DNA from: the human T2T-CHM13v2.0 reference genome, Homo sapiens
DNA length: 64,000 bases
Direction: 5' to 3' (one strand)
Assembly: GCF_009914755.1 (NCBI RefSeq)
Contig: NC_060948.1
The translations under genes were made by a program, and so were the position numbers. Positions 36,000-49,850 of this stretch are shown here, piece after piece. The notes under the pieces are model-generated. The model was given only the letters and a program-made list of their open reading frames with translations, had not been told where the DNA came from and did no database searches. Every line of letters begins with the position of its first letter. Position 1 is the stretch's first letter.

Positions 36000-37597
36000 T
36001 GAATAAGTAAGGCCTGGATTGGAGAGGAGAACAAAATGATTCATTGCAATGTTTAGAAGAAAGTTTGCTTTTTTTTTTCCTCTAGCCACCCAAATTACTT
36101 GGGACTCCTAAATAGCAATGGTAGTTAGAGCCATTGAAGCTCAAAAATTGAGAACCAGCACAGATGAGTTCTGCCTGATCATCTGAAGACTGGTCCTGGA
36201 TATGGTGACCTATGTCTCTAAACAAAGGGAGTCTTTCAGTGGTCTCCATCAAAAGCTGGACAGGGTTAAGACAGCTTCTTCCAAATGCCTGGACAAGGCT
36301 TTGTCAAGTGTTCCAGCTTGCCACACTGGTAGTAATTTGCAAGTGTATTTAGGGATTATAGATCAACTGTCCTATAAAGTGTCCACTAATGCCTCTTTTG
36401 TTCTCTTGTGCCTCTACTCATTTTCCTGGCCTCTTTCTCCTGTTTCTCATTGTGGCATACGGAGGAAGTAAATCCAAGAAGGTTTTCCATTGTACTCTCT
36501 GATTCTACAGACTACTTTGTAGTTTTCCCTAAAATTAACAGCTGCTTGACAAATAACTTTATCTTTTAAGATTATCTGTGTCTCAGTTGAATTAGAGAAA
36601 TAAAAAGATGTGTTTCACTAAAGTTTTCTCAAACTTTCCAAAAAGGATGATAAATTTTTATCTTGTTTCTGATTCAACAAGAATGTTTTAGAGTAATTAA
36701 AATGTTTATTTCTGTTATTTGCAAGTCTTTTAATATGCACATTAAAAAGTGTTTTTTTTTTTTTTTCATTTACCTTAGCACCACTAGGGCTCCAATTCAG
36801 ATTTTCAAAAATCATTGTTTCTCTTCCAATTGGAAATGGGGTCACAGTTTCTATTTTACTATTTTGTTTACTCTTGACTTTTTTTTTTAATTTGACTGGT
36901 TGCAGAATACTTCTTGTTCATTTCCAAATCTCTCTACTGCCTTTAGCACTGCCTGTTTCTTGACAAAAGTTAGGATATAGCTTTAAAGTAGTGTAGCACT
37001 ACTACACATAAGATGAAACACTTGGGTTGATTTTTAGAAGCCTCATATACTTATTAAGGTCATCAGATAACTTCCTTAAGTCTTTTTTATTTAATTTATT
37101 TAAAGTTCTTTTGTGAGAAAAAAAAATTTGAACGTTAGTAGCATGAAGTTCATTGAGCATTTTCTGCCCCACTGAAGTTGTAAACTTTTTGGGTGACACA
37201 ACTGAAGAAACTGATAATATGGGTGCTGGGGGTCTTTTATAAGCGAGGCAGATAGAGCACCCAAAAGTTGCATTTGAGAATTCCTCAAAAGTTTATAAAT
37301 CTGCCATTTGTAGACTTGCTTTCAATGGTTACCAAGAAATCAGGTTCATTTTACAAAGCTTACAAAGATCTCAGTTGTCTGGAATAGCAAGTGAAGATGT
37401 TGTCATTGGATACCATTGAAATTATGTTTTTTCCAAGAAGTTCAGAACTCTTGCTTATAAAATGTCCAAGTCTTTGTGCAAAATGATATAAGCCACTTTT
37501 TTTCTCCAGAGTCTCAGAGTCAAAGAAGTTCTCATGTTAAAAAATAAACAGGGGAGTATAGACTGCATGCAGTTTTTTACCAGGTAGAAATAGAGAG
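36000..37597 (-). mobile_element. Class I ERV gag plus N-terminal protease, inverted
   Basis: Minus-strand KLSDDLNKY, NQKQDKNLSSFLESLRK, knuckle remnant at ~36310-36345, and a VLLSNPGL protease segment at ~36005-36035. Confidence 0.75.
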
Positions 37598-40400
37598 GAT
37601 ATTTTCTAAACCCTTCAGTTGTAGTTGTGGAGACCTGGTATTTAAATATCCCAATTTAATTATTTTTGAAAGTTTCACTCTTCTACTAGGTAATTTTAGC
37701 TTATATGGACACCATCATTCTAACGGCTTCAGGACAAAGCTTTGTCTCCCCTTAGTTAAAACCAATGTTAATCCAGAGGTCTGGCCACATCAAGGAAAAA
37801 TTTGCAGAGCTGCAACTGCTATACTTGTCCAGATTAGCCTTAAGAGTTTTATTTTATTTTTTTACCCTAGCGTTAGGCAATATCTTTTATAGACAAAAGG
37901 TAGAAAATGGCTGCCATCAGAGATAACCTAAAGGCCAAATACTTCCTTAAACTCTGCAACGTCTTAACAACACCCAAATATTAGAGGTACAGAAACACAG
38001 TGAAGAATGGAGGCTGGATCAGAACCTCTGTCTCATTAATAAGGCTGTTGAAAACCCAAAACATTAGTAAAGGAGAGAATTAATCCCATCTCCTTCTTTC
38101 CCATTCCCAAAACACTCAAACATCTAAAAGGATCATTGGACATTATAAGTTTTTGAGGATGATGGATACCAAGGTTTGGTGAAACAGCTATTTCTTTATA
38201 TTATCTTATAAAAGAATCTCAAGCAGCTTCGGCTTTCTTCCTGACATAGGAAACTAAAACTCAAATACCTTAACCAGATCAAACAAACCTGACAAAAAGC
38301 ACTGGCCCTCAGTGTACCCACAAATAAGTCATTGCATCTTTATGTCTTATAAAAGAGAAGGGATAGCTTAGGAGTTTTAACTCAAGCTTGAGATTTGGCC
38401 CAGCAACCACTAAGTTACATAAACATAGAGCTTGACTGGGTGGCTAAAGCATAGACAAGTTGCCTCCAAGCAGTTGTAGTGGTGGCCTTGCATGTACTGC
38501 AAGCCAGTAAGTTGAGCATGGGGAATGTTCTAACTGATTACACCGCACGTAATGTAGGGTGTCCTCTAAAGGAAGTCTCTGGATAACAGATAATCACCTT
38601 GTCAAAGATCAAACTTTGCTTCTAAGGAATCTACAGTTCCATTAAAAAACCCATAACCTATTCCCTTTCCTTTAAGAAGTAACCTGAACAACCTGAACAT
38701 GACTGTAAACAGGTAGTAGTGAAAATCTGCGCAGCCAGAAAGAACCTAAAACTAATTTCTTTAGAAAAATTGTCTGAACTTTCTTTAGAGGGAAAAGTTA
38801 TTTTGTAAAACAAAATACCTCTAAGGCAGTGTGTGCAATATTCACCCTGATTTATATTCTTGACAGCATGCCTCTCTGACAAAGCACAAGACTTATTAGC
38901 TATGTTCATTGTCTTTTAACCATTTAGAGAAAAAGGCAGTGGACACATACTGATTCTAGGTATGCTTCTTCTGGCTCTCTATGCCCATGCCACTATTTAG
39001 GAAAAAAAAAAGACATTTCCTGACTGCTAATGGGTCTTACATTAAATATCACCAGGAAATAGATTAGTGTCCTCAGTTTTTCTTTTTTCTTCTTTCTTTC
39101 TGGGAAGTAGCAGTAATATATTACAGAGGACACCAGAAAATGATTAATAAAATAGCCAAAAGCAAAAAAATAGGTTGCCAAGTCAGTAGCAAAAAGAGCC
39201 CAAGTTCCCAGAATATTTAAAGCCTTTCTTATTTGGGAAAGCATTATAGAAGAAATAAAGCCTCAGTATCTCCCTGAAAAGATAGAATGGGCTACTTCTG
39301 GAGAATCAATTTTTCAGACTGTTGTATGGTTACAAATGAAAGGCAGAAAACCCCACTTGTCAGCATCCAGTCAGTGGAAAGTTCTTAATGTCCTTCAGCA
39401 AACTTTTCACTTTACAAAGAACATAACTTATCAACTGATCCAGAGAATGTTCTCCAGTAAAAATCTACTGAAAATAGTCAAACAGTTTGTAAATGCATGT
39501 GAAATATACCTTAAAAATAATCCCCCCAACAGATAGCTTCTCCTCCCTCAAGCTCAAAAAAAAATGGAAAGAAACCTAGGGGAAGGTTGGCAGATAGACT
39601 TTACCCATACACCCAAAACATAGAAAACCCAGTATCTGCTGGTATAGGTAGACAGTATCCCTAACTGTATGGAGGCATTTTTATGTAGAAGAGAAAAATC
39701 CTTTGAGGTAGTAAAAGAAATATTTTAAAAAATAATTCTTTGCTCTGGCCTCCCTCAGTGCCTCCAAAACAACAATGGCTCCTCATTTAAAGCAACCATT
39801 ACCCAGTGAATTTCAAGAGCTCTGGGCATAGAATATAATCTTCATTGTGCCTGGAGACCACAGTCTTCAGAAAAGGGGAAGAAAATAAATTATATCATCA
39901 AGAGATTCCTCAGGAAGCTTCCTCAAGAAACTCACCTCTTTTCAATTACTCTTTTTCATGGCCTTAGTGACAGTGAAGTACATCGCTACAAAGCTGGCTT
40001 TGAACTACTTTAAATTTATTATGTATGACCTTCTCTTAACATTGATATTTTAGTAGATGAGTGACTTCTGAATTTTTTAAACATATAAACTCCCTGACCC
40101 CACTTTCAAGAGGAATGAAAACATCATCAGAAGTACAACCCCAAAAATCCAAATCCCCCTGTATTCAACCCAGAAGAGTTGGTACTGGGGTAGACTCCTC
40201 CTCTTTCTCTCCTGTCCCTACACCCCAGTTGGGAGGGACCTAACACTATTCTTCTCCTTACTCCCTCAGCTGTGAAGATGGTGGAAATTGACTCGTATTT
40301 ATTTCACTCGAGTGAAAGCCTGGAAACCAGTGAAAGCAGTCCCTGACAGTCTAGAAGTATTATAATAAAAATCAGATAAAAATTATCTAATACACAATAC
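37598..40400 (+). mobile_element. Class I ERV C-terminal protease and pol (RT partly deleted, RNase H, integrase)
   Basis: YFSKP.SC and ES.TLLLG; EWRL.Q.L.LINKAV; PEHDC; integrase GEGWQIDFTH, NNGSSFKA and LHCAWRPQSS. Confidence 0.85.
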
Positions 40401-40557
40401 TTATAGAAATTACATTTCTTACTTTACCTCTTGCAGTGGGGTTATAAACTGAAGCACCTTCTGAGTAAAGCATCAAACAGAGAGTCTCAATTACCATAAT
40501 ATTTTACTTAATCATTATCATTATAGCAAAAATAGTAGTGACAAATAAAAAATAAAC

Positions 40558-42330
40558 ATGAAGATTTTGTTACTGTCAGGTTTACTAACATTCACTGTTA
40601 GACGTAGCACTGACATGCACCCCAAGGTCCCTACAATATTAGCCATTGCCCATCTATACAAGAAGACAAACTTCTAGTTTTGCCTTGAAAAATTTTATCA
40701 GATTTAAAACAGACGCTTTAATTATATGAACTCAATATATTAGTATTCTATTGGTTAGTTTCACCTTTAACAATTAAGCACTTGAGAGGGATGAATGGAA
40801 TCTTGTATGGAATCACTTTTAACTCCATCCAGAAAGACATATTTCTCGAATGTAAGACTCAAACTCTTAGGCTAGGTGAAGTTGATAGAATAATAGCAAA
40901 CAACTTTCTCTGCTTTAGAGGCAAAAGGAACCACACTTGGAGAATCTCAAATATGGCAACGCCATCTTGTAATTGCTGAGAGTGTGGAGATCTGGAGAGT
41001 AAAAGTGCAGGTGACCTCAAACCTTGGGAAAGACTATGAAAAAACATTAACAATCTAACCAGACTTTTCCTTTGGTATTTCTAGTAGAAATTATTACCCA
41101 TAGGCAGAAATGCTGCCTCTTTCCAACATTATTATCAGATAATAAATAATACTTGTTTCCAACCAAATGTGCCCACAGATGGAATCCTGAACGCTTGTAT
41201 AATATTTTATAATGGTGGCATCCTACATGTATGCAGGAGAACTGGAAACATCTAAACTAATAACCCCTGTAATGAGGATTACCAAAGATACTGGGCAGAA
41301 CATGCTGTGTCTCTGATTTTCTGAAACTCCACCTGCCAAAAAGATTATTCCAAACCAGCAGGCAGAATTCCAAACAACACACTGAGTAACTGTACTGAAT
41401 ATGGACATTACACCTCCTCTTAGACATAGGAGGAGTAAACTTACAAGGTACAAACTAAATCTAGCAAGAACCCTCACAAATGACAACTTAGAACCATCTG
41501 TTTAGGAAATGGGGCTTTACCTTCTCTGTGGCCCCTGGCTACATTTAATCCTCCCTAGACACTAAACGGGAACAGGTACTATAATAATAGTGACCCTGGT
41601 ATGTTATTTTTATATTTCACCAAAATGACACCATCATCTGGTGACATTTTCAGTCGAGACTCTTTTTCAGAGTAGATTCTCTTGCACACACAAAAATAAA
41701 TCTCTTGTCTCTATGCCGTCACATGGAGTTTTGAGGGAGAGAATTGAGGAAAATATGCACATTATAATCCTATACTGTGAAAATTAAAATTGAAACATGC
41801 AAGATCAGGAGGCCTATTTGATTTCTCTGTATACTTTTCTTGAAACACTAGCCATTAGTATTTTCATCATAATGCAACAAGGGTGGAAGTCAACTGTAGA
41901 AGCCACAGATGCCCAATGCCAATTGGTAAATCTCCTAGCCTCAGAGATAATGAAGAATAATTAAACTCTGGATGCCTTTTTGGCCTGAGTAGAGAATGCC
42001 TATGCACTATTCAATGAGACATGCTGCTTCTGAATCAGCACTTTTAGTCAGGTAAAAATATAAAGAAATAAATACAAGTGCTAAATGACCTACTTAAAAT
42101 CGTCAGTGGACTGAGAGAAAGTGAGGACTCTGTTCCCGTTGGCTACGATCTTTTCTTAATAGATTTAAGTCTTCTCTTTAGACCTAACTAGCTTCTTTGC
42201 TAAGACCTCTTTTCCTTGTATATGTGGTGTTAATGTTTGGACCATCTATACTCAATGGTATAACCAGAATTATGTCTTCTCATCTAGTGGCTATCAAGCT
42301 CCAAATGTTGATGTGTGGATTCACTTATCT
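40558..42330 (+). pseudogene. Class I (gamma-type) env remnant
   Basis: Hydrophobic start at ATG 40558. Decayed immunosuppressive domain with NETCCF at ~41925-42035. TM anchor LRPLFLVYVVLMFGPSILNGITRIMSS...IKLQM. Confidence 0.75.
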
Positions 42331-42429
42331 ACTGAGGACACTTATACCAGCCCCAGAAGAGACCCTAACTTCTGTAACTTAGATAATACTTATCTTTAGA
42401 AAAAAGGAACCAGAAATATTGTCACTCCA

Positions 42430-42722
42430 TTTTTTTTTAATTGAGATAAAGTCTCGCCATGTCACCCATGCTGGAGTACAATGACATGATCTCACCTCAC
42501 TGCAACCTCTGCCTCCTGGGTTCAAGCAATTCTCCTGCCCCAGCCTCCGGGGTAGCTAAGATTATAGGTGTGTGTACCACACCTGGCTAATTTTTTGTAC
42601 CTTTAGTAGAGAAGGGGTTTCACCATGTTGGCCAGGCTGGTCTCAAACTCCTTAGCTCATGATCCACCCTCCTCAGCCTCCCAAAGTGATCGGATTACAG
42701 GCATAAGGCACTGCACCCAGCC
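42430..42722 (-). mobile_element. Alu
   Basis: Reverse-complement Alu; TCACTCCA on both flanks. Confidence 0.95.
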
Positions 42723-42763
42723 CATCACTCCACTTTCCTAACAGCAGTTAGTGTCTCCATTCC

Positions 42764-43593
42764 TGAGAGAGAAAATAAGAGAGAAATGTTAAGCAGTTGT
42801 GGTGGATTATTGGTAAAATATCTGGAAGCAGAGAAAAAGCCTGATAAAATCAAGCTGCAGGCACTGATAAGAAAACTGGATCAAACATTGGCCCATTTAT
42901 ATGTTTTGTTTGCTTGTTTGTTTGTTTGTTTTTAAAAAAGGCCAAACATAGACACACCTTTCTTGTTTCTAAGAAAAGCCTGCAAGTACTCTGGTGAGAG
43001 AGCAAGGTTCGACATAAAAATTCCTGTGTTCTTTGTGCAGACAGTAGGCTTCCAGGAAAGAATCTATTCTTTGTCTGTGGGCATGTACACAGTTGGCTTC
43101 AGTGGGTTATGCTGGGCACTTTTCTTTCTATTTTTGAACATGCTTTTCACTGGGAGCTGAGTTTCTATGAATCATCACTTCAGCCTCTGATTGGTCTCAG
43201 GCTAAGATCTCAGGCCAAGGTTTAACTTTACCTCCTTTTTGGCCCTGGGCCAAGGTGCCAGGCAAATCTGAGTGGTCTCCATGAATAATCATTTCAGCTC
43301 CCGGTTAGTTCTGGGTCAAACTCTGAGAAAATCTTAGTCATTCTGTTTCAAACCAGTCATCACATTTCTTCTCCTCTGAGCTTATACAAACCTCCAACCC
43401 TGCCTCATAGTGGGTAATCTACCTGGGCCCCACTCTCCACTGCAGAGAGCTTATTAAACTTTTACTCAAATGATACCCTTTGTGTTCAAGATTTTTAATT
43501 TTTTGGATGTGAGAAAACAAAATAAAAACCTGGGTGATACCTTACAAAAAGAATCTTCTACATTGTGTGTGGTGAATTTGTGAGACTGCAAGA
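42764..43593 (+). mobile_element. MER61-like 3' LTR
   Basis: TGAGAGAGAAAA...AGCCTGATAAAATCAAGCTGCAGGCACTGATAAG; ATTAAA at ~43454; directly follows the env remnant. Confidence 0.7.
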
Positions 43594-43614
43594 GTACTAA
43601 AATTTACTTTTTTT

Positions 43615-44640
43615 TCAGGAGTAAAGCCCTGTTTATCCTGGAGCTAGTAACATAATCATGCCCTTGTGCATGAGAATATAAATCTCTTTTGTTTCAGAGT
43701 CTCAGGATTAAAAGAATCCCAGTTCTTCAGTACACACTTGAGAAAAGTGCAATCTAAAGATGGTTTATTATCTGGAAAAGGAAAAAGCAGAGGCATTCCT
43801 CCCTCTTCTTCCTTCTTTTCAAAGTGACCCAGGGAGAAGAGAGTGATAGAAAGGGCATCCCGTTTCTCCACTTTCTTTACATCCTCTGGGTCACAGCAAC
43901 CATTAGAGGTGGAGCCTATAAATGCAAGCATAATTTTCACCCATGTATCTGGAGGGGCTAGTCTACAGAAGTATCATCCTCACTTTTCTGAGGCTAGAAC
44001 TCTTTACCCTTCTGCATTTTCTAGACTCACTTGGATCATAAATCCCCCAGGGTATTCTAAGTTTGTGGGAGAGACTATGCAGCAGTTGGATTTCAGTGAG
44101 ATCTCTTAACGGAGAGAGTGTTTCTAACACCCATTTCTGCCTTCTGTAGCTATGGCTCTAGTCAAACTATGGATTTCCAAATAATGAGCCAATTGACTAC
44201 TACCCATGTAATTCTCCTTTTTAGTTGTTAAAATGCCAATGTAACTCATTTTAGAAAAACTATCTTAATAACATAAAAATAGAATGACTATCTTTCCTCT
44301 AATGGGGACAGCAGTTAGGCCTGAATTTTTCACTTAAGGTTTTTTTTTTTTTTCTGGGTTATTGAAAAAGAATTTTTTCTGTGTGTAAGTGAGGCATGGA
44401 GCCTGATTTTGAAAAAAGGAACAAAGAAGAGAGAGGTATTAGGAGACTAGAGGGTTTGTACAAAGAGCTAATACAATGAACACATATGGAGAAATAAATC
44501 CCACTAGGTGGTGCTATAAGGTTTGAATGTTGGTAAAAACTGACTTCAATTTTTTTTTTTTCCAGGCAGAAGTTAGAAAAAGAGAATTAGGGCTTTGTAG
44601 GCTGTTCGCATAGTATGGCTTCTACTACAAGAAAACGATC
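43615..44640 (-). mobile_element. Class I ERV leader plus gag N-terminus (reverse)
   Basis: Minus-strand CTFLKCVLKNWDSFNPETLKQKRFIFSCTRA, a Gag matrix N-terminus of the HERV9/W group. Confidence 0.8.
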
Positions 44641-44998
44641 TTAAAAACCATGGAATATTTTATTTCTCATTTTCCCCACAAGGCCTTTCTACTGGATCCC
44701 TGATGTTCATAAGTCAGAGGAAGGTTTTCACTTACCTCTGCTTCCAGCTGTCCCCCAGTGAGGTGATGGTGCTCAGTGTGTGCTGAGCAGAACGCAGGTC
44801 TCGTCCTCTAAAGCAGCCGATGTTGAACACGTGGGAGCCTCCATGGTCAGAAAAGGTGGCATCACCTGCACCCTGTGGTTGTCATGATGTGGGAACCATG
44901 CGCCCCCTCCTGGCTTACCTGTGGCACCAAATAAAGGCAGAGTTCAGATTGTTCAGTGCCATCATTTTGGAAATTCAAATGGAAATGGAACTTATTCT

Positions 44999-44999
<1 letters not shown>

Positions 45000-45038
<39 letters not shown>
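45000..45038. repeat. (TG)n microsatellite
   Basis: Directly visible. Confidence 0.95.
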
Positions 45039-45042
<4 letters not shown>

Positions 45043-45059
45043 AATTATGAAAGAATCAT

Positions 45060-45660
45060 TAACTGGAAACCACAGGAAATAAAATGAAAACGGTTGCAAA
45101 CTTTCCAACTTATATAAAGTTTTCCTTAACATAGTCCTGAGATTTAAAATATAAAAATATACAAATTCTTAAAGAAAGTACAAAAAGAAAGGTATGTGAC
45201 CTTGGGTTTGGTCATGAGTTTTAACATATGACATCAAAGTCGATTCATAACAGAAAAAATAATTAGCAATATAGACTTTCTCATATTAAAAGTTTATTCT
45301 CTGTGAAAAAATCTAGTTCAGGAAATAGACAAGCCATAGCCGAGAAGAAATATCTTCAAAATACAGAACTAAGTAATAACTTTAACTCAAAATATACAAA
45401 GATTCTTGAAGCTCAACAATAATATAGACTACCCAATTAAAATAGTAAAGAGCTGAGCAGATCACATCACCGATGAATATACACAGATGGCAAGCAAACA
45501 GAAACATGTACAACTTCATATATCATTAAGGGACTAAAAATTACCACAACGAGATGGTGTGGCCTATCTATATTTGTTAGAACTGCTAAACCGTTTTTAA
45601 ACCATGGCAAATGAATTGCTGGAGGAAAAAACAGCATTTCATTCATGGCTGCTGGTACAG
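45060..45660 (+). mobile_element. Old L1 ORF2 3' fragment
   Basis: GACCTTGGGTTTGG..., AATAGACAAGCCATAG...GAGAA, CTCAACAAT...CCCAATTAAAA and ACAGATGGCAAGCAA are typical of the L1M 3' region. Confidence 0.7.
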
Positions 45661-45731
45661 AAATTATGAAAAATACAGAAATTATGAAAAATTATGAGAA
45701 ATCATGATGGTACAGAAATTATGAAAGATGG

Positions 45732-45985
45732 TGTTGAAAACCAGAATATGCCCCCCAATATATGACTATAGGAAACCAGAATATGCCACCACAAAATAAG
45801 CCTCTTGGGTATAAAAATCATTTTGAACCTATTATTTTAAGAAAATGCAGACACAAGAGAACTGAAAACAGAGCAGAACTTATCCATTTGTAAAGAAAAT
45901 GCACATCTACTAAGGAAATCTTCATTTTAATGGAGTCTCCCTCTCAGTACCAATAAGAGAATGATGACTAAATCAATAGAGGCTC
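45732..45985 (+). mobile_element. MER34/MER39-like LTR fragment
   Basis: TGTTGAAAACCAGAATATGCC...CCAGAATATGCCACCACAAAATA...GAAAATGCAGACACAAGA. Confidence 0.45.
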
Positions 45986-47660
45986 TTCTTAAACACTTCC
46001 AGAAGCACCCTCACAAATATACCCAGAAATGGTACTTTACCAGCTATGTGTGTTCCCTTAATCTTGTAAACTGAACATCTAAAATTTACAATCACAATTT
46101 TTATGCCTGATTTGTGGCTAAAATTTTAGAACTAAAGCTATAAGATATCTGTTTAGATCTATCTGTATATGTGTTTGCATATGTTTTCTATAGGTGATAT
46201 TTTCAAATCTCTGGATGGCATTGCAAACAATTTCTAAAATCATTTAAAAGTGTTCTAAATTGGCTTCAAAAAAGTAAGATATTTTAAGTAAAATATTAAC
46301 AAAACACTCAGAAAATATAGAAACTGATCCAAATGTTTTTCAAGTGCAGATTATTTTGATAAACCTCAGGTAAGTTGCACTATTTTAATAATTTTGACTT
46401 ACTAAAACAAGTATGTTTTCAGAATTTTCACTATTAAATAATAAAACAGACATACATTTTTATACTGTTTTGTTACCTGTCAAATAAACTAATATTATAT
46501 TCAGCAGATATTTAAAATCTTTAAAGTTATATTTGATTTTAATTAAGTTGTCATTATTATGACCAACATTATTGTAGTAATAATTATGTTTTACAGTATA
46601 TCTAATAATTTATAAAATCTTTCTAGTGATTTGCTACCTTAAAGTTATGGTAAGTAAAAGATGTTTATTAAATTTCTAGAATGTTTATAAATGAGATAAA
46701 ATGCTAAACTTTTCATTATTCAACATAAATTGAACCATATATATTTGTAGCTTCTTATTTTCACAGAGAGACTGAAGATATTTTGATCTATTTAAAAACA
46801 TTATTTTCTGCAAGAATGAGACATTGCCTCATTATTATAGAGAAAACATATGCCTCTAGAAATTATGAGATGGTGTATTTATAAATTATCAATCTACTAT
46901 GGAATGCTAGCATTTGATAAACAGTATGAAATGAGCAGTATACAAAATATACAAATAAGAAAATATGCTTAAACTTTCTTGGTTATATTTGTATTGGTAA
47001 AATATTATCTTTTCAAAAACTTTATGGAATTCCTGGAAATTTGTAAATGTCCTCCCTATCTATTATATGCCCTAGTATAATATCATGAGTCATAATTCTA
47101 GTTACTATTTTAAATTTTGTATGCCACAGAAGCAGACAAATTCCTGTTTAACTGTGATATAATGAGCTTTCATTACAGTTTTAACCATGGCCATTGTACA
47201 CCTTTTGTAATGTACAGGTAGGTAGTATTTCAATCTCATGTTTTCCCAACAGGCTCTGCATCTGCATGGGCTACAGGTCAGAATGTTTGTCTTCAGCAAA
47301 GAACGTCCTTGAGACTGATAAAAACAACAATGATGGGTCCTCTGGATATAAAAATCTGATGTCAATGTTTAACTAACTTTAAGATTATAACACAGAACTG
47401 AGGAACAATATCTAGAGCTCTAGTTGACAAACTGATGGGTTCATGGCACTGCTAACCCAAGATTAAACAATATGGGAATTGATTACATGGCACTGCATGA
47501 ATGGATAAAGAATGTGTAAAAATTTTACAGCTTTTTTTGATTTGGAAGATTCCTGGTTCTTTAACATTCTATGTCTCTGGATTTAAGAATTTTTTATTAA
47601 GTTAACCCTAACTCATAACAACTTAATAGATTATACTTTTGTAAACAGAAATGGAACATT

Positions 47661-48254
47661 TGTGAACCAAAAATGAAATTTTAAGCCCAACCTGCCCCAG
47701 CCATCTGAAAGGACCCCTCTTTTTGGCTAAGGGTATTCCAAAGTTCGTTCAGGTCCTAAGAGGAAGGAGGATCAGACATACTTCATTATACACTCCTACC
47801 TTTTGCAATTCAGAAAAAGTTAACCATCACTAACATCAACACAGACCTTAAGTCTGATAAGAAATATTTATAATCCTTTCTCTAGCTTCCTCTTCATGAT
47901 AAAACTTTGGTTTCTACACCCTTTGTTATTTATTGTAACCCAGATATTTCTTTCTATTGATTCCATGTCTCTGGATAACTTAACTCTTTAAACCAACGGC
48001 CAATCAGAATGCACCACCACCCATTTTAAGTTGTCCCACTTTTGGGAAATAAACCAATGTATATCTTACATGTATTTGATTGATTTCTCATGTCTCCCTA
48101 AAATGTATAAAACTAGATTGTTCCCAGAACAGCTTGGGCACACGTTTTTCATAATCTCCTGAGAAGGGTTGTATCATGGGTGACTGGTCACTCTTATTTG
48201 ACTGAGAGTAAATATCTTTAAATATTTTACAGAATTTGAGGGTTTTCATCAGGA
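47661..48254 (+). mobile_element. MER4-type solo LTR
   Basis: TGTGAACCAAAAATGAAATTTTAAGCCC...AAATATTTTACAGAATTTGA...; CATT on both flanks (putative 4-bp TSD). Confidence 0.7.
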
Positions 48255-48729
48255 CATTTCTCTTTCATCTCTCTGCCCATTCCTCCAGAATTCTGAAACT
48301 CTTATAAAATGTTCTTATTTTCATGACAATATAGTTATTTGTAAAAGTTCAGTAAACATCTGTTCACCTTTTAACAGGACATATTTGAGAAATTTGTTCA
48401 TATTATGCAGGCTTTCACTGGAAGTCACATTTGAACAATACAGGCTCATGGTCGAGTGCTAACTGACTTTTACTAGGTTCTGATTTTATTTAAAATTGTG
48501 AAGATTGAGAAAACAGAAGGGCCAATTTCTTTAATTAATATGCTATAATGTCAAAGTTTGATAGAGTTAGTATATCTCAGCTAAAGCAGGATGTCAATCT
48601 TTATAAAACAGCATTTTTGGTACCATAACAAATTCATTCTCAATTAAACTTTGACTGTCTAAACAAAAGAAAAATGGTTGCTAACGAGGTATACATCATA
48701 TATTTAAACTTATATAATGATGTAAGTTC

Positions 48730-49716
48730 TAATATACACACTTAAAATTTTTTCTGGTTGGGCACAGTGGCTCACACCTGTAATCCCAGCACTTTTAGAG
48801 ACCAAGGCGAGTGGATCACGAGGTCAGGAGATCCAGACAATCCTGGCTAACTCGATGAAACCACGTCTCTACTAAAAATGCAAAAAAAAAAAAAATTAGC
48901 CAGCATGGTGGTGGGTGCCTGCAGTCCGAGCTACTCAGGAGGCTGAGGCAGGAGAATGGCATGAACTGGGAGATGGAGCTTGCAGTGAGTGAAGATCACA
49001 CAACTGCTTGCCAGCTTTGGGGACAGAATGAGACTCTGTCTCAAAAAAAAAATCTATATTGTTTCAACTACTTTAGCACTGTAAGAAAAATGAACCATGA
49101 AAGCATGAGTAAAATTGGTGATGGAGGGTGCAATGTGTCCCTGGCCTTGACCTGTCACGGTGGTGCTGCTTAATACCCCTCCTTTCTCTGTACCAGGATT
49201 TCTCCCCAGAAACAAGCCCAGATCATCTGTGAAGCACATGTTGGTGGCTGTGACAATGCAAGGTCACAGCCTCACTCAAGAAACACTTTTGTAACGTCAG
49301 AGTTGGAGGCCAGGGTTGTGGAAGTAAGGCCTAGGGCAGTGATCCCTCCTCAGTACTGGGTGCCACAGACAGAACACCTTTTCCTCAGCTTTCCTCACCT
49401 GGCAACCAGACTTCCCAATGTTGTGGCCTTTCCAGGGGAGAGGAGGTGTCATCCTCACCGTGGATGCAGACCCAGGTATCCCAAGTGCACTGAAGTCATG
49501 TCCTGGGTGGCATCTGAGTAGAAGGAAGGCCTGTTTGATGCCCCCAGGACGCTGCCCTGCAGTATGTTGCATGGGCTTCTTGCATCTTCTCCATGAGCCC
49601 TCAGTGGCAGCCATAAAGAATCTCTGAAATACAGGGAGGATGAATCCAGCCAGTAATCTCAGGAAGTGGAAGTGAAATAGAGTCTACCTTCCTGTGCCTT
49701 GATAGGAATGAAGACA
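48730..49716 (-). pseudogene. PRY: PRY (PTPN13-like, Y-linked) pseudogene, terminal exon and 3' UTR remnant, interrupted by an Alu
   Basis: Minus-strand SFLSRHRKVDSISLPLPEITGWIHPPCISEILYGCH matches recalled PRY SFLWRYGKVGCISLPLREMTAWINPPQISEIFQGYH. Downstream sequence (CACTGCCCTAGGCCTTACTTCC...CAGATGATCTGGGCTTGTTTCTGG...CTAAAGTAGTTGAAACAATATAG) matches the PRY 3' UTR. No clear splice acceptor and no upstream PRY exons were recognised. Confidence 0.85.
48755..49051 (+). mobile_element. Alu (AluY/Sc-like) inserted in the PRY 3' end
   Basis: GGATCACGAGGTCAGGAGATC...GGAGAATGGCATGAAC..., with an A tail. Confidence 0.95.
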
Positions 49717-49850
49717 AGAAGAAGCAAAGAAGATGGCCAATAGACCACACTCCATTGATTTCCTCTATATCAGCAATAATGGATAGGAATAATTGGAATT
49801 TGAAACATTTACACACCATTTACAATAGTACTCCCCAAACTGAATCAATT

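Noticed and set aside
45655-45727. ACAGAAATTATGAAA mini-repeats
   Set aside because: Ordinary local slippage at the end of an L1 fragment.
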